DNA of 64,000 nt from positions 32,001 through 96,000 of the forward strand of contig JAXHVD010000006.1 in the NCBI GenBank assembly GCA_034189385.1, read 5' to 3'. This DNA comes from Thermodesulfobacteriota bacterium. Lineage in GTDB: Bacteria > Desulfobacterota > Desulfobacteria > Desulfobacterales > C00003060. Positions within the stretch are counted from its first letter, which is position 1. Each line of letters begins with the position of its first letter. Below, one piece after another: positions 27,625 through 38,186 of this stretch. Position numbers and translations under genes: made by a program. The notes under the pieces were generated by a model. It did not search any database. It saw only the letters and a program-made list of their open reading frames with translations, and was not told the origin of the DNA.

Positions 27625-30600
27625 ATGCCCACAGCAACTGCAAAAAAGTCTGATCTCATTCAAGCGCACTCGTCTACACCGCCAGGGATGATCTTTTATC
27701 CTTCCCTCGAAGCTGCCACGCAAGACCCTGACCTGCTTGGGTATATTTCAGTCATTAAACGGGCGTGGTGGGAAATGAAACTGGACGGTGTGTTGTGCCT
27801 GGACGGACGCCCCATCTTGTACCTGAAGGAATATTCCCGTCCTTTTCCCACCCGGGAAAGACTCTTGCAGCAACGGCTTTTCTGGAATCAAGGCGTGGCC
27901 AATGTCCTTGTCCTGGCAGACCCAACGTCCGTTCACATTTATTCCGGATTGGCAAGGCCAGCCAAAGACCATACAGATCAATCAGCGTTGGAAAATATGC
28001 TGGTACAACCCCCCCTGGCCCTGACCGATTATGTTCACCTCCTTCAATCCCTGCATCACGCGTTGGCCACAGGTCACTACTATGAAACCCATCAAAACCA
28101 CTTCGACCCACGCCAGGCCGTGGATGCAAGCCTTTTGGATAGTCTCCGGGATTTACGCAACGCATTGATTCAGGGCGATGACAGAATAGATGACACCCAG
28201 AGGGCTCATGCCTTTGTCGGACGTGTGCTCTTCCTCTGTTACCTCCTTGATCGGGAAATCTATTCAATCGGCAAATCAAATGGCAACCGCACAGGAACAA
28301 CGCGCTTTACAGAGTTATTGGAGAAACAACCGGAGCATAAACGAATCGACTTTCTTTATAAGGTTTTCTCCGATCTTAAAGAACGATTCAACGGCAATAT
28401 GTTCGACCAGGATCTGGTTGCCGAGAGGGGTTTGATCAAGCCCTCCCATGTAAATAAGCTGCTTCTTTTTCTCGGCGGTCACGATGTGAAAAGCGGTCAA
28501 GTCTCCTTTTGGCCCTATGACTTTCGAATGATCCCCGTGGAAACCATCAGCGCAGTATATCAGGATTTCCTAAAAACCGAAGACCCTGAAAAACAGCGCA
28601 AGCGCGGCGCATTTTATACACCACGTTTTCTGGCGGAAATGGTAGTGGACACGGCCGTCCGTGAGGACCCAGATGCCCTCGACCGCTCATTTCTCGATCC
28701 TGCCTGCGGGTCCGGCATCTTTCTAGTAATTCTGTTTAACCGGATAGCCAATCGATGGCTGTTGCAAAACAGCCGGGCCCATTACAATACAAAGGTAAAT
28801 GCATTTCAGGAAATCCTTTCACGTCAAATCCATGGTGTCGATTGGGAGGAGACAGCATGTCGTATTGCCTGTTTCAGTCTATATCTGGCTTACCTGGACT
28901 TTTTCGATCCACCGCATATCCAGAAATATATCGAGAGAACCGGCCAGCCCCTGCCGAAACTGTTAGACTACGGCAATACACTTGATAGACCGGCCGCGGA
29001 TATCGCCGTTATTTACCAGGCCGATTTTCTTGCCGACGAAACCCTTGCGGAGGATAAATTCGATTTTATTGTCGGCAACCCTCCATGGGAGGGCCGCGGA
29101 ACCAAACAATTGGCCCAAAAATTTATGGAAAAAGCTCCTCAGATGCTTCGAGACGGCGGCATGGGCTGTTTACTGCTGCCCACTAAAATTCTTCAAAACC
29201 AGACGGATGCGTTTCAGGCCCAATGGTTGACCCTGGTAACCCTTGAAGAAGTGCTACAATTGGCGGATTACAGCTTTTTGCTTTTCCAGAACGCCTTATG
29301 CCCAGCGTTTATTTGTCGCTTCAAGAATGCCTTGCCAAATCGCAACCATCATGTAGTGAAATTTAGCGCGCCGAAATTCAATCGTGACGGACTCCGCCGG
29401 GGAGTTATCAAAATCGATCCATCATCCCGCAAATGGATTCCATTGGCTGACCTTCTCGCTGCCACTCAACATGAAACCGCTCCTGTCGTGTGGAAACGTC
29501 GGCTATGGGGGACGCCACGGGATCAGAAGTTGCTCGATTTGCTTCAAGAGCTACCGTCGTTAAAGGAACATGTTGATGTGCTCAGTGAGTTGCGAAGGAG
29601 AAGACAACCTCAGACCAAAAGATGGGGTATCGGACAGGGACTTAAGCCTTGGCCCAGATCAAAAACAGAATCGGATCGTGAACCAAAGCCAATGTCTTGG
29701 CCTCTCGACACGGCCTTTCTTGATGCGAAGTCATGGAGCAGCGATCTGCTCGTTTTGAGTGATGAGACAATTCTTTTGAAAGACCATTTGGAAAAGAAGG
29801 AATATCGTACTGATATTTTGTACAGCAATCCCCCGGCAACTTTGTTTACATCGCCAGTGATATTGGTAAATCAAGGTTTCAGTAAGGTTGCCTTCTGCAA
29901 TTTCGATGTACTTTTTCAACATTCCCTTCAATCAATTTCTGGTCCTAAGAAGGATGCCAGGCTCTTGAAGTTCCTGACAGCCTACTTGAGATCAAGGTTA
30001 GCCCGATACTTCCTGTTTCATACGTCGGCGAATTGGGGAAGCGAAAGGGATAAAGTGCATCTAAACGAGTTGCTTAGAGTTCCCTTTCCTTTGCCCGGAA
30101 GCGAATTTGTCTCAACGGAGGCGGATCACATCGTGGCCCATGTGGCAAAAAGATTCGGAGAGATGGAAACCTCTTTAAAGAGCAGTCTAAATGCATTGAA
30201 GAAGAAAATTGATAAGAACGCATTGTTTGACCAAGCTGAAGAGGAGGCATTAAGAACCTGGCATCGGAAAAGGAAAACGCTTGTCGATAATCTTCAATCT
30301 GAGTTTGAGCCACTGATCTATCAATATTTTGGTTTGACCGATCAGGAGATTGCCCTGGTTGAAGATACGATTGATATCTTTATCCCCAGTGCCACACCAA
30401 CAACCTGGCGGTCCTCCCGATTGATTACGCTTGATCCATTGGAAAAATCCACGACGTCGCCTTATGCAGAGAAAGGCCTGGGCGCATACGCAGATACCTT
30501 GGCGACAACGTTGAACTCCTGGGCCAAAACAGAAGGATCGCGCCACCGCGTCCGCACCGAGGGCGGCACTGACGACGATACGGGCTTGGCCATGGTTACG

Positions 30601-30861
30601 GTCCACATTACAAAAAAAGAAGTACCATTTAGATACAAGGCTTTGTCCTCAGATCTATCCAAGGTTTTGAAGGCCTTACGGGATCGCGTATCACAAGGAC
30701 AAGGCACTTTGAGATATGAACGCGACATTCTTTTTTTCCAAGGTGAGACAATACATATAGTGCGTCCAAACATCCTCTTGAACTGGACGCGCACGGCTGC
30801 TTTAAATGATGCGGCCAGGATATATGGCGAAATCGCGATAGCAAGAAGGGAATCGCGATGA
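27625..30861 (+). CDS. large N6-adenine DNA methyltransferase (type IIG/Eco57I-like architecture)
   Basis: GAFYTP, LDPACGSGIF (motif I), VGNPPW (motif IV), long C-terminal TRD-like region. Confidence 0.9.
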   Translation: MPTATAKKSDLIQAHSSTPPGMIFYPSLEAATQDPDLLGYISVIKRAWWEMKLDGVLCLDGRPILYLKEYSRPFPTRERLLQQRLFWNQGVANVLVLADPTSVHIYSGLARPAKDHTDQSALENMLVQPPLALTDYVHLLQSLHHALATGHYYETHQNHFDPRQAVDASLLDSLRDLRNALIQGDDRIDDTQRAHAFVGRVLFLCYLLDREIYSIGKSNGNRTGTTRFTELLEKQPEHKRIDFLYKVFSDLKERFNGNMFDQDLVAERGLIKPSHVNKLLLFLGGHDVKSGQVSFWPYDFRMIPVETISAVYQDFLKTEDPEKQRKRGAFYTPRFLAEMVVDTAVREDPDALDRSFLDPACGSGIFLVILFNRIANRWLLQNSRAHYNTKVNAFQEILSRQIHGVDWEETACRIACFSLYLAYLDFFDPPHIQKYIERTGQPLPKLLDYGNTLDRPAADIAVIYQADFLADETLAEDKFDFIVGNPPWEGRGTKQLAQKFMEKAPQMLRDGGMGCLLLPTKILQNQTDAFQAQWLTLVTLEEVLQLADYSFLLFQNALCPAFICRFKNALPNRNHHVVKFSAPKFNRDGLRRGVIKIDPSSRKWIPLADLLAATQHETAPVVWKRRLWGTPRDQKLLDLLQELPSLKEHVDVLSELRRRRQPQTKRWGIGQGLKPWPRSKTESDREPKPMSWPLDTAFLDAKSWSSDLLVLSDETILLKDHLEKKEYRTDILYSNPPATLFTSPVILVNQGFSKVAFCNFDVLFQHSLQSISGPKKDARLLKFLTAYLRSRLARYFLFHTSANWGSERDKVHLNELLRVPFPLPGSEFVSTEADHIVAHVAKRFGEMETSLKSSLNALKKKIDKNALFDQAEEEALRTWHRKRKTLVDNLQSEFEPLIYQYFGLTDQEIALVEDTIDIFIPSATPTTWRSSRLITLDPLEKSTTSPYAEKGLGAYADTLATTLNSWAKTEGSRHRVRTEGGTDDDTGLAMVTVHITKKEVPFRYKALSSDLSKVLKALRDRVSQGQGTLRYERDILFFQGETIHIVRPNILLNWTRTAALNDAARIYGEIAIARRESR

Positions 30862-31487
30862 CGCGTCACCCGGCAGACAAATTCATCCGGCTTTTCCCGA
30901 GGGAAGATATTCCTGATGTCTTAAGTTCCTTGCTCGAAGCCAGCAAAAGTCTTCAAAAGAAGACCGCCCATGACCATGAGAACTGGATTTCAAGGCGTCT
31001 TTATGGGCGAGTGAAAAGGCTTTTTCCTTTTCGAAACGGCCCTCTTGATATCTGGCTGCAACCCGAGATTGTTGGAACTGATTTGGATGAGGACAAAGCA
31101 TCCGGACAGATTGATTTTCTTGTGTCCCGTGGCCTTGGTGCCGAAGTCTACTTTGCCATTGAAGCGAAGCGTTTGAGAGTCCGTCTAACCAGTGGAAAGC
31201 TGGATGCTGGTAACGACGACTATGTCAATGAAGGCATGATGCGGTTTATTACCGCGCAGTATGCACCTTTCATGAATACGGGGGCCATGCTCGGGTATGT
31301 TTATGACGGAAACCTACAAAAAGCTCGTTCCGGAGTAGCCGGCTATATCGAGAGGGAGGCCGCCGCACTTAGTCTTATAGGCCGGTTTGTTCGCTCCTCC
31401 ATTCTCCCCAAGAAGCCCATTGACGAAACACAACATGCCCTGAAGAATCGTCCTTTCACTATCTATCATCTTTTTCTGGCCGTTTAA
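30858..31487 (+). CDS. putative PD-(D/E)xK nuclease-fold protein
   Basis: QPE...QIDF...IEAKRL pattern; ATGA overlap with the MTase stop. Confidence 0.6.
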   Translation: MTRHPADKFIRLFPREDIPDVLSSLLEASKSLQKKTAHDHENWISRRLYGRVKRLFPFRNGPLDIWLQPEIVGTDLDEDKASGQIDFLVSRGLGAEVYFAIEAKRLRVRLTSGKLDAGNDDYVNEGMMRFITAQYAPFMNTGAMLGYVYDGNLQKARSGVAGYIEREAAALSLIGRFVRSSILPKKPIDETQHALKNRPFTIYHLFLAV

Positions 31488-31499
31488 CGAACGGAAGGT

Positions 31500-31820
31500 A
31501 TGGCTCCCGTTCAGATGAACCAGACGCTTCTGACCGTCATCCGCAGCCTGATCTTCTCGGCCCGCCGCCAGGTGTCACAAGCGGTCAATGCCGGACTCAC
31601 TATGCTTTACTGGGAAATTGGACGTCGCATCCATAAGGATATCATCGAAGAAAAACGGGCGGCCTGCGGCAAGGAGATTGTCCCCGCACCGTGGCAACAA
31701 TTGAATCGGACCCACTTTAAGTCCATGATTCCCATTGGAGATTGCTTCTTGAGACAATCTTACGACAAAACTTGCGACATTGAGTTGTTGCCATTTTTTC
31801 GATACGAGAACACCAGATAA
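31500..31820 (+). pseudogene. DUF1016/YhcG N-terminal fragment
   Basis: ARRQVSQAVNAGLTMLYWEIGRRI...GKEIV, then the similarity decays. Confidence 0.7.
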
Positions 31821-31829
31821 AGTAAATCA

Positions 31830-33734
31830 ATGCCGAAAAAGAAAACAGGACTGGATCGGTTTTCCGATCTGACTTGGAACGACATCGAAGAATGGGCCGG
31901 CGGGAAAATTGTCTCCAGGGGCAAGAGTTATCAGCGCCAGGGGCGTGTCTCCGAGCTGGCTGCAACGGACGACGGTGCCCTGATCGCCTGGGTGAAAGGC
32001 ACGGAGCGCTATGCCACCAGGGTGATCATGGACGAAGACGGCCTGCCGGATTCGATCTGCACGTGCCCTTACGAATTCGACTGCAAGCACGGGGTGGCCG
32101 TGGTGATCGAGTACCTCAAGCGGGTCGAAAACAACCGGCGCGTTTCCAAAGCAAATCAGGATGACCGTCGCCTGGAATTGCTGGAAAGTGAAGACTGGGG
32201 CGATGAACCGAATGATGACGAAGACGTCGCGCCCGAGGATATACGACAGGATGTCGACGGTTTTCTTAAGGGCAAGACCAAAACCCAGCTCATCGACCTA
32301 ATACATGAGCTTGCAGAGCAGTACCCGGAAATGGCAAGGGACCTCACCGACCGAAGACTCTTTGCGTCTGGCGATACAAAGGCGCTGGTGGCACGCTTGC
32401 GCGAAGAAATTGACGAGATCACCGAAGAACCCGGCTGGCAGAACTATTGGAAAGGCGATGGCTACACGCCCGACTATTCCGGGATCCGTAAAAAGCTCGA
32501 GACGCTGCTCAAGGCGGGGCACGCCGACGAGGTGCTGACCCTGGGCCGGGAGCTGATGACGACCGGCACCCGTCAAATCGAAGAAAGTCATGACGAAGGG
32601 GAAACGGCCATGGAAGTTGCCGGCTGTATGCCCATCATCGTCGACGCCTTGGGCCGGTCTTCCCTCCCTGGGGCCGACAGGCTGAACTGGGCGCTGGATG
32701 CCGTGCTCGAAGATCAATTTGAGGTGTGCGAGGCCTTTGAAGAATATCTCCAACGGCGGCACCCCAAGTCAGCCTGGCACACGCTTTCAGACAGACTGTT
32801 GGCGCGTTTGAATAAGTCTAAAGGGGCCAAGGGCGACACGTTCGGTCGCAACTACGAGCGTGACCGGATCAGCGACTGGGCCATCCACACCCTGGAACGA
32901 GCCGGCCGAAAGGAGGAGATCATTCCCTTATGCGAGGCTGAGGCCCGCCAGACATGCAGCTATGATCGTGTAGTCAAACGCCTGGTTGAGGCGCGGCGCT
33001 ATGAAGACGCCGAATATTGGATTCAGGAGGGAATTGCCGCCACAAAAGAAAAATGGCCCGGCATCGCCGCCGGCCTGCGGGATAGACTGCGGGAAATCCG
33101 GACCTCTCAAAAGAACTGGCCTGCCGTGGCGGCGATGCATGTTGAAAAATTCGTGCGCCACCCCTCACAGCAGGCTTTTACAGAATGCAAGAAGGCCGCC
33201 GGCGAGGTCAAGGCCTGGCCCAAGGTGCGCGAAGCCCTATTGCGCTACCTCGAAAAGGGTGAGCTGCCCTGGGAACAAAAGGGCTGGCCCCTTCCGGAGT
33301 CCGACTTGGACCGGCCTGATGCGGATCAGCGCAAGCGGTTTCCCCTGGTTGACGATCTAATCAACATCGCTATCCTTGAAAAAAAGCCCGACCAGGTGCT
33401 GAGATGGTACGATCAGCGTCCTAAAGACCGTTTTGCGTGGTACGGAATGGATGAGGACAGAATCGCCACTGCCGTCCAAGGCCACGCGCCAGATCGGGCC
33501 GTCCAAATGTGGCAAAACACAGCCGAACGCCTAATCGCCCAGGTCAAACCCAGCGCCTACCAGGAGGCGGCCAAGTACCTGCGCAAGGCCGCCAAGGTCA
33601 TGGGTCAGGAAAAGAAGCTGCCAGAGTGGGAAAGCTATTTGAAAGCGCTGAGAGAGCAACACCTACGCAAACGCCGTCTGATGGAAATCTTGGATGGCCT
33701 GGACGGAAAACCGATCGTGAAAAAAAGGCGCTGA
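31830..33734 (+). CDS. SWIM zinc-finger protein with helical repeat C-terminus
   Basis: RGKSY..V.G...Y followed by CTCPYEFDCKH. Confidence 0.88.
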   Translation: MPKKKTGLDRFSDLTWNDIEEWAGGKIVSRGKSYQRQGRVSELAATDDGALIAWVKGTERYATRVIMDEDGLPDSICTCPYEFDCKHGVAVVIEYLKRVENNRRVSKANQDDRRLELLESEDWGDEPNDDEDVAPEDIRQDVDGFLKGKTKTQLIDLIHELAEQYPEMARDLTDRRLFASGDTKALVARLREEIDEITEEPGWQNYWKGDGYTPDYSGIRKKLETLLKAGHADEVLTLGRELMTTGTRQIEESHDEGETAMEVAGCMPIIVDALGRSSLPGADRLNWALDAVLEDQFEVCEAFEEYLQRRHPKSAWHTLSDRLLARLNKSKGAKGDTFGRNYERDRISDWAIHTLERAGRKEEIIPLCEAEARQTCSYDRVVKRLVEARRYEDAEYWIQEGIAATKEKWPGIAAGLRDRLREIRTSQKNWPAVAAMHVEKFVRHPSQQAFTECKKAAGEVKAWPKVREALLRYLEKGELPWEQKGWPLPESDLDRPDADQRKRFPLVDDLINIAILEKKPDQVLRWYDQRPKDRFAWYGMDEDRIATAVQGHAPDRAVQMWQNTAERLIAQVKPSAYQEAAKYLRKAAKVMGQEKKLPEWESYLKALREQHLRKRRLMEILDGLDGKPIVKKRR

Positions 33735-33739
33735 CAATC

Positions 33740-34963
33740 ATGTCTTCCGGTACCAAACACACATGGACCTTTCGCGCCCGTTTCAGGCGGCATGCCTTTG
33801 GGTGGCGCTCGCAAGCACCGATCAAGCGTATCAAGGAGGCTGTTTCGGAAATCAAGAAGGCGGCCCGCAAAGACCCCGTCCTAGGGGCCGAGGGGGCCGT
33901 GCTGTTCCTGGAAAAGATCTCGCCCGCCATTGAGCAGGTGGACAGCTCCTCCGGTGCCATTGGTACGGCCGTCAACAATGCCATCGAGGCACTGGTACCG
34001 ATCATTGCCGATGCACCGGCCGAGGGCAAGGTGCGCGAAAAATGGCTGAAACGTCTCTGGCAGGCAGTGGAAGCCGATGATATCCCCTACATCGAGATGG
34101 TTCCTGATCATTGGGGTACGCTGTGTGTGACTCCCGAACGGGCCTCGCGTTGGGCTGACGAGTTCATTGATGGGGTGCGGATGACGTGGGGGCCGGATCC
34201 GGAACTGCGCGGGTACTACAAGGGGACCGCGGCCTGTCTGAGCACCCTGCTCAAGGCCGGACGAAATGCCGAAATCATGGAACTGCTCGAAGGTGCCCCC
34301 TACAAGTTCTGGCATGATCGGAAATGGGGGGTGAAAGCCCTTCTGGCCATGGGCAAGAAGGCCGAAGCGCTTCGTTTTGCCGAAGATTCCCGGGGGCTGA
34401 ATCAACCGGATTCTATAATCAGCAAAGCCTGTGAAGAAATCCTGCTCGAAAGCGGCATGTTAGAGGAGGCCTTCAGTCGCTATGCCATGGGGGCCAATCA
34501 GAAAACCACCTACCTGGCAACCTTTCTCGCCATTATCAAAAAGTATCCGAACAAGAAGCCTGTGGATGTTTTGAAAGATCTTGTTGTCAGCACACCCGGC
34601 CTCGAGGGCAAGTGGTTTGCGGCGGCCAAATCGGAAGGGCTGTATAATGAAGCGATTGAGCTGGCCAATCGCAGCCCCTGCGACCCCAGGACGCTTACCC
34701 GGGCTGCCCGGGACATGGCTGAAACGGAACCACGATTTGCCGTTGAGGCCGGCATGGCGTCACTGCGGTGGCTGGTTGAGGGCTACGGTTACGAGATCAC
34801 CGGCGCGGACGTTTGGGCGGCCTATGACTACACCATGAAAGCTGCCGAGAACGGGGGATTCAGATCTGAGACCTTCGAACGGATCCGCAAATTGGTTGCG
34901 GCAGAGAAGACTGGTGAAGGTTTCGTCACCAGGGTTTTAGGCTGCGAACTCGGGTTGATATAG
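33740..34963 (+). CDS. hypothetical helical protein coupled to the SWIM gene
   Basis: ATG 5 nt after the SWIM stop; 407-aa ORF. Confidence 0.8.
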   Translation: MSSGTKHTWTFRARFRRHAFGWRSQAPIKRIKEAVSEIKKAARKDPVLGAEGAVLFLEKISPAIEQVDSSSGAIGTAVNNAIEALVPIIADAPAEGKVREKWLKRLWQAVEADDIPYIEMVPDHWGTLCVTPERASRWADEFIDGVRMTWGPDPELRGYYKGTAACLSTLLKAGRNAEIMELLEGAPYKFWHDRKWGVKALLAMGKKAEALRFAEDSRGLNQPDSIISKACEEILLESGMLEEAFSRYAMGANQKTTYLATFLAIIKKYPNKKPVDVLKDLVVSTPGLEGKWFAAAKSEGLYNEAIELANRSPCDPRTLTRAARDMAETEPRFAVEAGMASLRWLVEGYGYEITGADVWAAYDYTMKAAENGGFRSETFERIRKLVAAEKTGEGFVTRVLGCELGLI

Positions 34964-35268
34964 GTCAGAAGAGGGAACCAACGTCAGGTTACCAACTAGA
35001 GCAAATACGGTCCACACGTTGCACCAGCCTCATGATTGTGAAGAACTCACAGGCTGAAACAGCTCTTACCCTTCAGAATTCTTGACAAAACACCTGTTCC
35101 CTACTAGGGTCCTGGGCATGCCCTTTTCACCCGAAAATCCAAACAGCAAGGAAGGCCCCGGCCTTGAATAAGAGGCACGCCTAACATAAGAAACAGCGGC
35201 CTCTTTTGGTTTCTGGGGCAGGCCGGCCCACTCTTGGCTCGCACCTCTTTCACGGAAAGGCAGAAAAG

Positions 35269-36006
35269 ATGATGAAAAGACTGGCTGTTGTATTCTTGGT
35301 CTCCTTCCTCACACTGTTCTCATCGGCCGTCTTGGCCCAGGACAGCAATCAAGGCAAAAACAACTATCTTACTGTCACACTTGGACAGGTCTTTCCGAAG
35401 GACCTGGATTCCGATGAGAGGTATCCGGACCGGGTCTCCTTATCTGATGTAAAGCTGGAAAACGGCTTTATCGTTGGTGTCAAGGCAGGCCACATTCCCA
35501 AGAGGCTCACCCATGTGGAGCCGCTGGCAATAGCATTAGAACTTGAGGCCTTTGCGATTTCCGGAACGGACATCGAGGGAGAGTCTTACTACTTTCACCC
35601 TTTTGGTACAGACGTGGATCTTCATGCAGATGTTTCCATCATGGCGCTCATGTTCAATCTGCTTCTGCGAGACCCTTATGGTCAGGTCCATCCATACGGG
35701 GGCTTTGGAATGGGCTGGACCTGGCTTGACATGGAAGATGTGAAATTGGCCATGGAACCGGGATTTGAGTGGTCCGACGTGCCAACGAATATCAATAAGC
35801 AAGGAGACTTAGATGACGACTCTTTTGCGTTTCAAATCCTCCTTGGTGTCAATATAGACCTTACTCAGGCACTTTCGGCGGACTTAGGTTATCGATATCT
35901 TCGCATAGAGCCAGAAATTGAGTTCACAAAAGGGGGGGTCGATCTTGATACGAAGATGACCTTCACCACCCACATGATCACGGTCGGCTTAACCTACGCG
36001 TTCTAG
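35269..36006 (+). CDS. outer membrane beta-barrel (OmpA/Opa-like) protein
   Basis: Signal peptide, PYGGFGMG, DLGYRY, terminal Phe (GLTYAF). Confidence 0.85.
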   Translation: MMKRLAVVFLVSFLTLFSSAVLAQDSNQGKNNYLTVTLGQVFPKDLDSDERYPDRVSLSDVKLENGFIVGVKAGHIPKRLTHVEPLAIALELEAFAISGTDIEGESYYFHPFGTDVDLHADVSIMALMFNLLLRDPYGQVHPYGGFGMGWTWLDMEDVKLAMEPGFEWSDVPTNINKQGDLDDDSFAFQILLGVNIDLTQALSADLGYRYLRIEPEIEFTKGGVDLDTKMTFTTHMITVGLTYAF

Positions 36007-36059
36007 TGGACGGACTGGTAAGAAAGGGGCAAGGGCTGCCGTGAGCCCCCCGATAAGAG

Positions 36060-36134
36060 TGGTAGGCACGGCGGGATTTGAACCCGCGACTTCTACCGTG
36101 TCAGGGTAGCGCTCTCCCCCTGAGCTACGTGCCT
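36060..36134 (-). tRNA. tRNA-Val(GAC)
   Basis: AGGCACGTAGCTCAG...CTGACAC...GGTTCAAATCC...GTGCCTACCA. Confidence 0.95.
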
Positions 36135-36210
36135 AGAACAGGACATTTCGCTAACAAGTATTGCTGATCGTGTCAAGAAAAATGCAAGGGGCCATGGCCA
36201 CAAGCAGGGG

Positions 36211-36780
36211 TCACGAAACCGTGTTTGGGGTCTCCTCTTGGAGAATGCTGAGCCCCCTATAGATGTATTGTAATCCCGAGACCACTGTCATGGCAGCCGT
36301 GAACCAAAACAAAGTCGATTGTATTGAAATCATTTTCGGCACCTGGAACCCAACCAGGACAGAGCAGACCGTTGCCAGCTGGGCAACAGTGGTAATCTTG
36401 CTCAAAATGGAAGGCCTCGCCTCAAAATCCCGATCCATGATGTTCAAAAGGGCCACCCCAAATAGTATCACCATATCTCGTGTCATGACGATCACTGCAA
36501 GCCAGCTCGGGATGAAGCCTTGAACGGCCAGCGTGATAAATGCTGTCAACAATAGGAATTTGTCGGCCACAGGGTCAAGGTAGGTCCCCAGCATTGTCTT
36601 CTGTCGATAGACACGGGCCACAAATCCGTCAAGCCCATCTGTAATCGCCGCTATGGCAAAAACCAGCAGGGCGGCCACCCACAGGTGCCTAATCAGGCAG
36701 ATGGCAAAAAGTGGGGTCAGTAGAATCCTCAGGAGGGTCAAGGAATTGGGGATATTTATGGGAATAGCTCGTCTCACCAT
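36211..36780 (-). CDS. CDP-alcohol phosphatidyltransferase (PgsA-like)
   Basis: NIPNSLTLLR, TDGLDGFVAR, LDPVADK; start uncertain. Confidence 0.88.
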   Translation of the reverse strand: MVRRAIPINIPNSLTLLRILLTPLFAICLIRHLWVAALLVFAIAAITDGLDGFVARVYRQKTMLGTYLDPVADKFLLLTAFITLAVQGFIPSWLAVIVMTRDMVILFGVALLNIMDRDFEARPSILSKITTVAQLATVCSVLVGFQVPKMISIQSTLFWFTAAMTVVSGLQYIYRGLSILQEETPNTVS

Positions 36781-36887
36781 GACAGGATCGGTTCTTGCCC
36801 CCGAGTCTATCTCAACCAGCCGTCTTCGAGACCCCAGGCCCTGGTGCGTAAACTCTAGCCCCTTGATGGCCAGTTTTCCACTCGTTA

Positions 36888-38186
36888 TCAATAGCCAGCA
36901 GGGGCGTAGGTTTTAAGATCATCAGAATGATACGTCTCCCAGTCGTCCTCTGGCCTTTTCCACCCTTTCCAGACATCTTGTTTCCGTATGATCTCCAGCC
37001 TTATCCGACTCCGATCCACCTCGAAAATATTGACTCCAAAGCCCTCAAAGCGCTTCAACATTAACTCGTCTGCCAGCATCCGGCTGTTTCCCTTTATGTC
37101 CACGTCCATCTTGGCCTCCCCGGCCTTGATAGCTTTTAGATGAACATCCTTGACGCTGTGAATCTCATCTCTGAGAATGGTCCGGAATTTGACAAAATCA
37201 CCATATTCCTCAATACCGCCCACCGTTAACTCCACGAGGAGGGGTTGACCTGCCTCCTTGCTCCAGTTTGCCACGAGTTGTTTACTCAGATCTTCGGCCA
37301 CGTCTGATGCAGCAAGCGCGAGTGCTTCAGTGCCAGCAACCATTTCATCTGCATGAACAGAAGCCCTGGTCCTCTCAAACGCGCCAATCGCCCTGCCGTT
37401 GTCGACCCGGATGGCGCGGACGGATAGCACCCCTTCAACGTTCTTCACACCCATACCTGAAACGTTCCCGCCGATGCGAGCGGAGCCTTGCCCCACAATC
37501 ACCACCTCAGCATTCAACTTCCTTGCGAGCCTGATGGCGACATCATCGCTTAATTCGCGCCCCTGGGATTCAGGGTCCAAGTGAATCCCCAGTGTAGAGG
37601 CTCTTGTCTTGTCGATGACAAAAAAACCCTTCTCGCGCATGTACCGTGATAGGGTCTTCTCAATGGTCAACTCGGAATCACTGAAGGGGCCTCGATCCCC
37701 GGAATAGCGAGGCAAGACCTGGCCTATGTTTTGCTCCCATAACAAGAACACGACACTCGGCATCCCTTTGTCCGTCGTAAGGATGCCCACGTCCTGCAAC
37801 ATCCCCTGAAGGACCTCACGGAACATGGTAACCCGCACCACCAACCGGTAATATGGACCAGATTGGGACTCTGTAAGCACCTTGTAATCATGTATAACCT
37901 CATCGGCTTTGGGATAGATTTCATCGCTCAATCGCTGAAAGCTCTCCACCACTGACGCCGACGGGACCAAAAGACCTACTCCTTGTTCAACAGCGTTTCG
38001 CAGGCCATCGGCAATAGCCTCGTCCCTGGCCTTGGCCACGTTGTCACGGTAGATCCTCCCTCTACCGATGACCTCCAAGATCTCCGTTTCTTCCGTCTGC
38101 TGGCCCCATGCCACAGGGCGAACCCCGCAGATATAGGCACACAAGAAAACTACCATCGAAACCCACACGTTGCTGAATCTTCTCAC
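36888..38186 (-). CDS. exported protein, FlgT N-terminal-like
   Basis: Signal peptide; ARDEAIADGLRNAVEQGVG. Confidence 0.65.
   Translation of the reverse strand: MRRFSNVWVSMVVFLCAYICGVRPVAWGQQTEETEILEVIGRGRIYRDNVAKARDEAIADGLRNAVEQGVGLLVPSASVVESFQRLSDEIYPKADEVIHDYKVLTESQSGPYYRLVVRVTMFREVLQGMLQDVGILTTDKGMPSVVFLLWEQNIGQVLPRYSGDRGPFSDSELTIEKTLSRYMREKGFFVIDKTRASTLGIHLDPESQGRELSDDVAIRLARKLNAEVVIVGQGSARIGGNVSGMGVKNVEGVLSVRAIRVDNGRAIGAFERTRASVHADEMVAGTEALALAASDVAEDLSKQLVANWSKEAGQPLLVELTVGGIEEYGDFVKFRTILRDEIHSVKDVHLKAIKAGEAKMDVDIKGNSRMLADELMLKRFEGFGVNIFEVDRSRIRLEIIRKQDVWKGWKRPEDDWETYHSDDLKTYAPAGY

Larger units (their letters stand above)
24497..34963. mobile_element. degenerate accessory/defence island downstream of tRNA-Glu (no integrase seen; right boundary approximate)
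   Basis: tRNA fragment at the left edge; cargo of Fic, LexA, MTase, nuclease-like and SWIM genes plus two gene remnants. Confidence 0.6.

Noticed and set aside
33509..33739. N-terminal extensions overlapping neighbours (also 27556-27624 and 13604-13831)
   Set aside because: Longest-ORF artefacts; downstream ATGs abut the upstream stops.
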